From Pelomyxa schiedti (taxonomy: Eukaryota > Protista > Evosea), in contig JAHLWZ010000557.1 in the NCBI GenBank assembly GCA_020536535.1, positions 1 through 38,778 of the forward strand: a DNA stretch of 38,778 nucleotides. The letters are read 5' to 3'. Positions 28,317 to 38,389 of the stretch are shown in pieces; the stretch's first letter is position 1; the number at the start of each line of letters is the position of its first letter. The notes beneath the pieces were generated by a model. That model was not told the origin of the DNA and did not search any database. It saw only the letters and a list, made by a program, of their open reading frames with translations. The position numbers were made by a program, and so were the translations under genes.

Positions 28317-29543
28317 ATGGCAGCACAAGCCGTTGAGACCCTTACGCACAAGGGAGTCCTCGTAGGACACACCGGGATGGTCACTTGCATCGCCACATCC
28401 CAAGATCCCACCAACCCCAACGTACTCATTTCCGGCTCTCGCGATAAGAGCTTGATCCAGTGGACCATTAACAGGGACTCCACTGGCTTCACTGGCGGTC
28501 ACGCTCATCGCCGACTCACTGGGTTTGTTTTTTTTTTCCCCTAGAATTCGCGGGAAGTAACTTCATTTTTTTAGACACTCTCACTTCGTCTCCGACCTTG
28601 TTCTTTCCTCCGATGCTCAGTTCGCTCTGTCCTCCTCTTGGGGTGTGTTCTCGAAATACTGTTGCAACTTATTAACTCTTTGGTAAAGATAAGGATTTGA
28701 GGCTTTGGGACCTTGCTCAGGGAAAGACAACCCGCCGTTTCGTTGGCCACAAGAAGGACATCCTGAGCGTTGCTTTCTCTGCTGACAACAGACAAATTGT
28801 CAGTGCTTCCCGAGATAAGACAATCAAGGTAAAAACCTACAAGTTCCAGTTTATTTTTTCCTTACAGTAACAGTTGTGGAACACTCTGGGTGAGTGCAAG
28901 TACACCATTTCCTCTGGTGGACACACCGAGTGGGTTTCCTGTGTAAGGTTCTCTCCAACTGGTGCCACACCAATCATTGTTTCCTGTGGTTGGGACAGAC
29001 TCGTCAAGGTTAGACCCGTTCTACTTTACCGACTTTGCAATCTGACTTATTTCTAGGTCTGGAACCTTGCCAACTGCAAGCTCAGGACCAACCTTGTGGG
29101 ACACACTGCCTACGTCAACACAGTAACAGTTTCCCCCGACGCTTCTCTGTGCGCGAGTGGTGGCAAGGACGGCAATGCCATGCTTTGGGATCTCAACGAG
29201 AACAAGCTGCTCTACAGCTTGAACGCAAGCGAGCAGATTTACTGCCTCATCTTCAGCCCCAACAGGTACTGGCTCTGTGCTGGCACATACTCATCCATTG
29301 TTATCTGGGTTAGTACAAACTCTCCCTCTACTTCCCTTTGTGCGTTGTCTAACGTACGTGTTTCCGTAGGACCTTGAGACCAAGGCTGTCGTTGCTGAGG
29401 TCAACCGAGCCCACTTGAACAACGTCGAGAAGAACCTCAGGCTCCGCGTACTTTCATGCCACTGCTTGGCCTGGAGCCCCGACGGTAACACCCTTTACTC
29501 CGGCTGGTCTGACGGGAAAGTCCGTGTCTTCGAACTCCATTAA
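28317..29543 (+). CDS. RACK1: Receptor for activated C kinase 1 (ribosomal WD40 protein)
   Basis: [69 protein letters not shown] and [10 protein letters not shown]. Five short introns. Confidence 0.98.
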
Positions 29544-29705
29544 GAAAGTCCTCTTAAACATTCCTTTATGAGAAGTCGGATTTCCTTTTTGTAGACCACA
29601 CTAACACTTGGTCACTGACCAAGCCCCGGTTCCCCACGAAAACGGCAGCGTTCCGGTCTGTTGATTATTTTATTCCACCATCAACAAAAATCAAAAGCAA
29701 CGGCC

Positions 29706-30497
29706 ATGTCGGGGCACCACCCCCCACCGGACTATTGTTTTCAAACGGCAACGGCTACCGCCCCTTCGTCTGAGGGAAGCGTGGGGCGCTGGTTTGGCCC
29801 TTGCCATGACAAGTACTTGGGTGGTCCTTTAGAAGGTTCGCAAGCGTTCAGTACATTGCAGGAGGCTCAGCGTGCTGCCATGAAGCTAGATTCATGCAGT
29901 GGGATCACAAAGGGAGCGTCAGGTGAGTTCTCATTGCGAGCGCCTCTGCAACTTGTAGACTCTCCAACTCATGAAACGTCCTGGATCAAACTGGTACGCA
30001 TGCCGACATATTTACGAAGTCTTACAAAATCCCAGGAAAAGGGGGACTGTCTTGTTACTGTCAAGACACAGTGCGGTTGCAGGACCGTTTTTTAGGTTTT
30101 TGTCTCACATACGACAGACAAACTCCTGACAGTGAACTCCAACGGCAAAATTTGTGGGACTGTTCCCCCGACTCCTGCTGCTTACGCCACAACGATGTTT
30201 GTTAAAAGAGAAACATCGCCCAACCGGTTCGCGCTGCTGTCTGTTTTAACTGGAAAGGTGAGGATTTCAAACTTATATCTCTGACCGTTTTCACAGTACG
30301 TGGCCGCAGAAGACGACCACACGTTGACAGCCAACAGAGTGAAATTAGAGCGTTGGGAGATCTTGGAACTCATTGGGCAGGGAATACAGACCCGGCATTC
30401 ATTTTTGAGCTGCACACCAGCTACAGGCGATGTTTTTGATAATGCTGCCTGTGGTGAAAGAATGACACTCGAGGAGTGCAAACCAGATGGCCTGTAG
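29706..30497 (+). CDS. Small protein with PAN/apple-like module plus fascin-like beta-trefoil segment; may have one more exon to ~30624
   Basis: W.GP.HDKYLGG...FSTLQEAQRAA...CSGIT...FSLR...DSPTHETSWIK, then FALLSVLTGK|YVAAEDDHTLTANRVKLERWE (fascin-type repeat). Confidence 0.6.
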
Positions 30498-30862
30498 GTG
30501 TGTAAAGAAACACTGAGACCCAAATTAAACACAAAGGCCAAAACTACAATTTTTCTATTCCTTTGTCAGAGGCGTGGCTTTGAGTGTTGTCCATCAAGGA
30601 ACTAACTTGGATAACAAGGATTAAGGTGGCTACATAAAGTGTGCACCTTGCGTGCCCGTTTACCGGATTTGCAACAGTCAAAAGCAAAATTTCCTTCACA
30701 TAACCATCAATAACAGGGCCATTAGGTCAGGATGCAACAAGTTGGAGCACCTCGAATGTCGATACTGCAGTTGACGGTCACAGCTTTGAGGCACCTTTAA
30801 TCTACCCCCGAAAAATCGAATAAATTCGAACTGTGAATTGCTCATGACTTTTTCGGAAACCG

Positions 30863-33460
30863 ATGAGCGACGAAAGTGGGGCTTTTTTTGTGCGAGCGGA
30901 CGAAATGGCCGTAGGCCGTTGCGTCCCCGTCCCAAGAAATTCACATGTTTGTGTTTGTAGTGGATCGGTTTCTCTTTTTATTGGATCTGCAGGTAACTGC
31001 CGTCATTGGGTGCGACACAATGTTGATGTTCGGAGGACTGGGAGATCAAGGTCTCTTGGGTGACACCTGGGAATTCTCATTCTCCAAAAAGTGGTGGAGA
31101 CTGGTAAGTAACACTCCTCGAGATTTTGATTTGGAGAATTGGAGATTTATAATCAATGGGCTTACAGTCACTTCTTATTGGGTTGGAGAAGGCTTATTTG
31201 GCTTCTATGTAATTAGGTGGAGAAACCTGCTTGGAAGAAGAATCCTGCACCTAGACATCATTCCAGTATGGTGTCATACATGGGATGTGCATATCTATTT
31301 GGCGGGGACTGTAGTGAACAACTAGGTCTGACAAATGATTTGTGGTGTTACAGCTGTAGCAGTTGGTCCCGAGTTTATGTTACAAATGCACCTTCTCCTG
31401 TTTCACACCATGTTGCTGTTGTTCACAATGTATCTTATTCCTTTGCTCTTGTGATGTGCTTTGATGTGAACTCCTTCTTATGATAGGATTCTATGATTGT
31501 TTTTGGCGGCCTGACAGCAGCTGGTAGTGCATCAAACCAAATTCACAGATATGACTTCAAACTACAGTCTTGGTCAACACTTGAGGCATCCCACACCCCT
31601 CCAGCCCACGCATTTTGTACTTCAGTGCTGTTGGGATCAAAATTATTCACTCTCTTTGGTTTGAAACAAAAGTTTTTATGAAAACTTATTGGTTACAGCC
31701 TCTAGAACATCAACCACGCAGCCACAATTGTTTTCCTTGTGCCTTGATAACTTAGTCTGGGAAGAGAAGCCGCCATTACCTTCAGCAGGTCTACTGCGAG
31801 GCACTGCTGCAATAAGCATTGGCTCATCCCTCATTTTCTATGGTGGAAAGTTGAAGGTTCAGCAGCCTCTAAAATTTAGTTTCTTTATTAAACTTCTAGA
31901 GTGGAATTTCCAATGAAGTATGGATCTTCCATGCTGAGAGTGATACCTGGCGTATACCTTTATCTCAAGGGTTGATCCCACAGCTCTATTTTCACTCAAT
32001 GATAGAATGGAAATCGCGGGCATGGATCTTTGGAGGAATGGGTCCCACTGGAAATGTCTCGATGCTCTGTACATTAAGTGGGAGTAGGGGAGAGGAGACG
32101 TCGACATCTATAAGCACCATTACAGAAGGATCTGGGGAGGAATCAGGTCAATTTAGTGTCATACCAGATGATGTTGTAGTTTTCATCTTTTCATTTCTTC
32201 CGTATGTTAAGTTCAACATCTTACGGTGGTAATCGTCATTTAGTTCTCGAACTTTGGCGAAGATGTGTGAAGTGTCCCGCCGTATGAGGAGATTGGCCTC
32301 CCGTAATTCTTTGTGGAAACCACTGCTATCTCAGTTCCTTGTTAGCGGACTTCTTTTCTTCTCCAACTGATTGTACCTGCAGGAGAACCAGACCATTGTT
32401 CATATTTATGAAGTGCAAGCACAGCATTCTACTTCCAACAAATTTTGGAAGGACATTTTATACAACCTGATGGCTCAAGACTCGTATCTTATCAACATAC
32501 CTGAAGCAAGAAAAGGAGAAATTCTGAAAAATGTCTTCTTCAATCACAAATCAATCTTACCTCAATAGGTTGATGGGAAAGAAGTCCGGGTCATTTTAAT
32601 GGGTGAGCTTTTCCAGTCTTAGCGTAAGATATATCTTGCATTTACTGGTGATTTTAGGAAAGGAAGGAGTTGGAAAGGTGATTACCTAACCATCTCTGCT
32701 GATATAATTCCTTTTAGTCCTCCTTGACTGTACTGCGATTCTGCGGACGCTTGTTGGATATTCTTCCCTTCTTATTCCTTCTTATTCTATGTTTAGTCCA
32801 GAAGAATTTGATCCTACAATCGAGGACTCTTATCGTACAACACAGAGATACTATGGGTCTACTTTTATGTATGTAAAACTTGATTCCAATACGTTCACAT
32901 CTTTACTAGCTGGGAGGTACTGGATACAGCTACCGATTTTACTCAGCTCAATGACCAGTATTGACACCTAGCATACCTTCTCTTCTTATCATAGAATGTA
33001 GTGTATGGGCTGAGCGATACATGCTCGGCGTTCATGCAGCGGTGATCATGTATGCCATTAATGACCGGAAGTCCTTCAATCAAGTACCAACACTGGTTGA
33101 AAAAATACGGGTTGTAAGAACCCTTGGGGCCCAGTACTCCCTTTCATGGCCGGCAGTGATTCTATGTGCCACAAAGGTATTCCTCATAGTAATTTTTTTC
33201 CATTTTAAAGCTCTTTAGTGTGACATGGAACCAGACAGGCAGGTTCCATATGGTGAGGGAGCAAGCCTTGCTTTATCCTATGGATTCCCATTTTTAGAGA
33301 TTAGCCCCCGTGCAAGGTTTCATTTAAAGAGGCATTTTCCACTTTTTTGACCTCTGACAGGCACAATATCGAAGTTTTTTGGGAAATGTTGGCACTTGAG
33401 GCTGCAAAGAGATTCGTAGAATCTCCCGAACCGCCGCAATCAAAATGTATGCTGATGTGA
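30863..33460 (+). CDS. Kelch-repeat - F-box - Ras-like GTPase fusion protein ending in CAAX (CMLM)
   Basis: Kelch blades (PRNSH..MLMFGG..DTW; PRHHSS..YLFGG..DLW; MIVFGG; IFYGG; WIFGG). F-box FSVIPDDVVVFIFSFLPSRTLAKMCEVSRRMRRLASRNSLWK. Ras motifs GKEGVGKS, FDPTIEDSYR, LDTA, TKCD and FLEIS. C-terminus SKCMLM*. Confidence 0.88.
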
Positions 33461-33506
33461 GGAAAAAAGAGAGTCAAAAATTCCAAAACAAACACAAAGA
33501 GCTCTA

Positions 33507-35183
33507 TTAGTTTACTTCAGTGTAAAAAGTACAATCCTGTGCCATCAAGTCAGACTTGTCCCATTCACTGATGAGCAAAGCCCCATTTTGGTGCCTCACA
33601 TAGCACTTTGGATAGTTAATAGATCTAAGAGATACCCCCGAAATAGCATGCACGCCGCCCAACGGCATGAACGAGCTGTCCATCTGGAACAAATCTGTCC
33701 CATCATTGTAGTCCAGCCTCAGTTTGCCATTCTGGTGCCTCCAGTATTTCCCCGGGCTCGCTGTGCTCTCAAGTGACACAGTGCCTCCAGGGCAATTTCC
33801 TTCATGTGAAATGTAAGTGTAATCGCAATTTGTGATTGAGCCGTCGTCATCCCAGCAGTGATCTGACCATTCATATGTGACAAGTGTGTAGATCGTCCCA
33901 TTAGCAGGAAGCCTTATATCTGGATCACGGCTCACAGCATACGAAGTTGTTGGGATTGGCTGCGGATCAGAAGTCGGAACCCCGGAGGATCCCACAATTG
34001 GCCACCCGTCACTTCCCCACCACATGCGGTCGACGAGGACAACCCGGCCCGGCGAAGTCCCAACATCGCCCCTCAGCCATGAATGGTAAATCATAAACGG
34101 TGCTCCCCCATTAGGCCCAATTCCATCCAGAACAGATACGTGACCGGGGCCTGAAAATGCAATTGCGGGAGCGGGGTCCGCATACTGTGACAAAACCGGA
34201 GCACAGGCTTTTGTGTATGGCCCCAGTATGCCATTTGATCGCGCTACTCCGACGTTATATGTCGGCTCATTGTAGGCCCCGCCGCTGTAGAATAAGTAGT
34301 AGTAGCCAGAGTGGAACATCATCCAAGGGGCTTCGACTAGCGAGCCTTCCCAGGCTAGGCCAAAGTCAATAAGCTCTGTTTGTGCGCCCTGAACGGCATC
34401 ACCGGCGTCGTTGAGTTCTTGTGCCATTATGGGAGTGGGCTGGCCGCAGGAGTTCCCATCAACCTAGAAAAAATCAGTTGGGAAACGAGGATTTGTGCGG
34501 TGTCGAACCTTCCATATAAGGTATTGTTTAGATGTCTGTGGGTCTTTGAAATATGTGGGATCGATTGCTCCCCATGAATGGTTCGCTAGTTGGTACTGCA
34601 AAGGAGTGTATGGACCCTCTGGAGAAGTTGCCCAACCTCCACCCACAGCGAGTTTGCCATCACTTCCGCGGGCAGCAAAGTACACCATTATTCTATCCCC
34701 AACACGGTGTAACTCAGGAGCCCAAAAGTCAGTGACGGTCTATAAAAAACCAAAAAAGGATGAATACAACTTTTATTAATACTATTTTTATTTTAGTTAG
34801 TGTTCATATAGCATTGAGGAGAAAACGCACCCAAGAAGGCTTCGATGTAGAGTCAAACACATACCCCACAATATCCCAACTCACCAAGTCAGTGCTTTTC
34901 CTGGTGAAAAAGTTACTCCCCTATCATTTTTTTTCACTATGGAGGAAAAACGGAAAAAAAAGCCCTCAAGTGTAACTCGCTGCCTGCGTTAGCCACACCT
35001 TATTGGGAACATTGGAGAGGACTGCCCTGAGGTAGTTACCATCCAAAAGTATCCCCCGTCGTACATAACCCCCGGATCCGGTGCATCCACATCAACGACA
35101 GGGTTGCTGAATTGCCCTGCAGTCTGACAGCTCACATAAACCCCCACTGACACCAACACAACTGCACACGCCGAACCGAACAT
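33507..35183 (-). CDS. Secreted GH43 glycoside hydrolase (arabinanase/arabinofuranosidase/xylosidase-type) with C-terminal CBM42/AbfB domain
   Basis: Hydrophobic signal-like N-terminus. FSNPVVDVDAPDP, FWAPE, AIDP, VEAP, YYLFYSG, GPGH and GWP. AbfB repeats SLES..PGKYWRHQNG and SLRS.NYP.CYVRHQNG. Three introns, all in the 5' half. Confidence 0.92.
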
Positions 35184-35244
35184 CTGCGAATATGGTCTTT
35201 TCTGAAATATTCGGTTATCCTTGATCAGACACCACAAACTTTTG
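35184..35244. promoter_or_regulatory. Very short divergent intergenic region between GH43 and the TRIM-like gene
   Basis: 61 nt between the two inferred ATGs. Confidence 0.45.
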
Positions 35245-36804
35245 ATGGCCAGCAGTGTGAGTGTCGATGGTGGTGATGACGTTGTGTGTCGGGTGTGCAT
35301 GGACGTGTACCGCGACCCAGTGTTCCTAGAGTGCGACCACACCGTCTGCCGCAGTTGCGCCCTCACAACACTCGTGGCCGCCGCCAGGCTCACTCAATTG
35401 CCTGCCGCGGTTGCGTGTGCAACAACGAAACCAACCACAGCCGTTACGACGCCTCCCGCTCATTCCAGAGTAAGTGCCAATGGCACGTTGCCGGGGCAGA
35501 CAAACGCACCGCAGCCACGGCCAACCACTGCCTCTGTGTGTCGGTGGGGCTGCTGCTCACATGATACACCCGGTGTGTGTTGTGCGTGTATTGTCGTTGT
35601 TGTCGCCTCTTCCTTTGACAGCTCTCACCTCATTTTTATGGCACTCTGCAAAAAGTTGAAATCAGGTGCCCGTTCCGGTGCGAGAGGACAACAAAGGCAA
35701 CGATGTCAGGTGACAACCTGAAACCAAACAGTGCGGCAATGTCCCTCATTGAGTCCAGGAAAGCTGAATTGGTGCGTGTGTTTTTAAACAAAACAAAAAA
35801 ACAGATGAACACAACACTGTGTGAGATGCAATATTGCTGTGAGGAACCCGCAAGTTTGCCATCTCCAGCCACATGCAAATGTTCTTTGTGCCGTGGAATG
35901 CTCTTTTGTGAACCTTGTTTCACGCAGCATCACCAAAAGGGCAACTCCCTGAGAGCTCACCAGGTGCCAGTCTTTTCTTTTTCGACACACAAATACGAAC
36001 TCAGTGATATTGCTCACAACCGCCAATTGGCATCAGGCAACAGAAATTCCACCACAAGGGAGGAGCTCCCCTGCTGCACCAATGTGTCCACATCACGCAA
36101 ACAAGGAACGAGACTTGATGTGCTCGTGTGGTGCACCAATCTGTTATTTGTGTGAGAAAGCGACAAGTCACCGTGGTCACACGAGCGTTCCATTGGTTGA
36201 CAGTGTTTCTCAGAAGGTCTCTGAACTCAGAGGTGTCTTCCTTGGCCTTTTCCTTCCACCTCAGCCCAAAATAAAAAAACAGGACTCACCAAAGAACTGA
36301 ATGATATTTCTGAAAAAGAGGTTGAGGCCATTTCGAAAATCAATGTGGAGCAGTTGTCAGTGCCAAAGGTTTAAATTGACCTTTCCCACCAACCACTGAA
36401 TGTGTCCGGTTCTCTTTTTGCAAACAAACAACACAGGTGATAACTGAGGGTTGCACGCCAATCCTGGCCGATTTGCAGTTGATTCTGGGTGCAGTTGAGA
36501 CAAGGTGCAAGGAGATCAATGAAATGTCACAGTCACTCTCTGATGCAATGAGTACGAACTCATTTCCCCCTCCTCAAAAAAACCAAGCCAGACATCTGCC
36601 CCAACTAACTAAAAAATTTTCTTTTTCTCATTTGGCTTGCACCCCAGTGTAGAAGGTTACCGGCGGCAGCGCGGCGTGTGTGTTCGTCGAATCGGGTCCC
36701 GCCGCGGCTGCGCGGCACTTGTCAGGGTTTTGGCGCTTGTGCAGAGACTTGCGTATTTGATTATCGCCACAACCATCAAAATAATCGATGAGTACATCGA
36801 GTAA
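35245..36804 (+). CDS. TRIM-like RING - B-box1 - B-box2 - coiled-coil E3 ligase; 3' end uncertain (36652-36804)
   Basis: CRVCMDVYRDPVFLECDHTVCRSC...CPFRC (RING-HC), C..C...FCEPCFTQHH....HQ (B-box1), CPHH....LMCSCGAPICYLC...HRGH (B-box2), then a helical segment. Confidence 0.85.
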
Positions 36805-36810
36805 GTCGCT

Positions 36811-37663
36811 ATTACGAGCGTAAGTCCTTGCTCCTTGGTTCCTCTGTAATACAGTCTCACCAGAGAGACACAACACTGGAGATTGCCAGTGATCTTGTTC
36901 TGATCCCACCACAAGGGTGCGTGCGCATTCTCACAACAACAAAGTTGGAGTGATGAACGTGAGTGACAATCACCTCGTTGTCTGGTGGTGATGATGATGA
37001 TGGAGACTCTGTGAAGATGAACCCTGACGATGCAAACACACGGTCGTGGATTGATCTGTGTGGAACAACGTAAAGTGGGCCCTGTTCTGTGTTGTTGCAG
37101 TCCCATATCTCGTGCTTGCTCTCGTTCGCAAACGTGACACAGAACAGTGAAGAGTTCACGAGTGACAGATGATTCTCATTTGGCATGTTGAACACCAACT
37201 TCTTGGGCTTTGACTTCTCAGAAGCACCCTCCTGTTGCATGTTGACAAAGTGAAGTTTGGACTCCCAGGCCTGTGTCATAACAGACTCTGAGAGGAACAC
37301 ATTCCTTCCATCGCTCCTTGTCAGAGCAAGCAGACATACAACTCCACAGGAGAAATAAGTGGAGCTCAAAACAGTATACGACCAGCTGTTGTATGTCTGA
37401 GCTACATCAACCAATTCAACCACAGAGTCGAATGTTCCCCACGCACTTACCACTGTAAAGATATCGGGGTTGATCCTGCTGAATCCCACACGAGTAACAT
37501 AGCGCCTGTCACTCCGAGGTTTGACGCACACCTCAACACGGGAACCATATTTCCACATGGACTCAGTATGGCAATCATCCTCCAGATAGAAAGCAATCAT
37601 CCTTAAGCCGCAAATCCTCACCAACCACTTGCCGTTCACATCCCACAAACCGTCGCCCCAATT
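36811..37663. repeat. Direct repeat of 3061-3913 (offset 33750 nt, about 96.7% identity)
   Basis: Manual base-by-base alignment, including about 46 nt of shared 3' flank. Confidence 0.95.
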
Positions 37664-38281
37664 GTCACCAGAGACACACACGGTCCTGTCATCGCCAGTG
37701 ACACTGTCATGCACGTAGTACCTCTCCATTATCCCACCATCGCCATCAACTTGATCTGGGTCCAAAGGGCGGCGCCTCAGGCAGTGGTTCCAGGTAACCC
37801 AGTGCTCATAACACCTCTTCCGCAATCCGGAATGGTGGGAGCAGCATGAAGAGTGTTCAATCCTGATATCCATGACACTCAGCAACAGAGGCGACACTGC
37901 AATCAGCACTGTGAACTCTTCTTCTTCATCATCGTCACCATCATCCAGGCGCTCGAGTGGTTTGACACAGCCGACAGTGTCTTTTGACTGGAATGCAACA
38001 GCGAGTCTGGTCACACACTCACAGATGAACTCCCACACAACCCTAATGGCCATCACATTTGACTTTGAATTTTCGGACAGTCTGCACTTTGGTGGTGACG
38101 GCATTGTAGAGCCTGAAAAAAGATGAGATTTTAGGGGCGACCAACAACTTAAAGCTTCACCGCGGTCAGCACCACAGCGATTATGGGAGGACATCAACAG
38201 TGCCAGGAACTGCTCACGTGCGTCGCAGTACGTGAGACTCAATCCAGGCACGCCACCACCACTAGTTGCTTGGACGTCCAT
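36857..38281 (-). CDS. DAR[SE]QF-family copy 4, full length (474 aa), intronless
   Basis: ATG-initiated open ORF, MDVQ...LTYCDAREQFLALLMSSHNRCG. Collinear with copy 1 and about 97% identical in nucleotides to copy 3. Confidence 0.85.
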   Translation of the reverse strand: MDVQATSGGGVPGLSLTYCDAREQFLALLMSSHNRCGADRGEALSCWSPLKSHLFSGSTMPSPPKCRLSENSKSNVMAIRVVWEFICECVTRLAVAFQSKDTVGCVKPLERLDDGDDDEEEEFTVLIAVSPLLLSVMDIRIEHSSCCSHHSGLRKRCYEHWVTWNHCLRRRPLDPDQVDGDGGIMERYYVHDSVTGDDRTVCVSGDNWGDGLWDVNGKWLVRICGLRMIAFYLEDDCHTESMWKYGSRVEVCVKPRSDRRYVTRVGFSRINPDIFTVVSAWGTFDSVVELVDVAQTYNSWSYTVLSSTYFSCGVVCLLALTRSDGRNVFLSESVMTQAWESKLHFVNMQQEGASEKSKPKKLVFNMPNENHLSLVNSSLFCVTFANESKHEIWDCNNTEQGPLYVVPHRSIHDRVFASSGFIFTESPSSSSPPDNEVIVTHVHHSNFVVVRMRTHPCGGIRTRSLAISSVVSLW

Positions 38282-38389
38282 CGTGATCGCTGTGCCTGGG
38301 GGAAATCAACTTCGGGGAATTTGAACGATCACCAGCTGGTGATGAGCAAGCGCCTCATTGATTTTTTTTCTTCTTTCACTCATTTCCAA

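Noticed and set aside
28317-29543. Intronic snoRNA in RACK1, as in yeast and vertebrates
   Set aside because: The introns are only about 45-60 nt, with no paired C/D boxes.
30740-30800. Imperfect hairpin (cctcgaa...tttgagg) as an ncRNA or SECIS
   Set aside because: Depends on many G-U pairs, lacks the SECIS core and has no in-frame UGA gene upstream. It would need an Infernal/Rfam search.
31430-31486. U12-type intron (donor GTATCTT)
   Set aside because: The donor is only a partial match and there is no TCCTTAAC branch site.
36661-36760. Plus-strand remnant of a DARxQF N-terminus (SGPAAAARHLSGFWRLCRDL)
   Set aside because: The similarity is too weak and the DARxQF motif is absent. It is more simply the end or 3' UTR of the TRIM-like gene.
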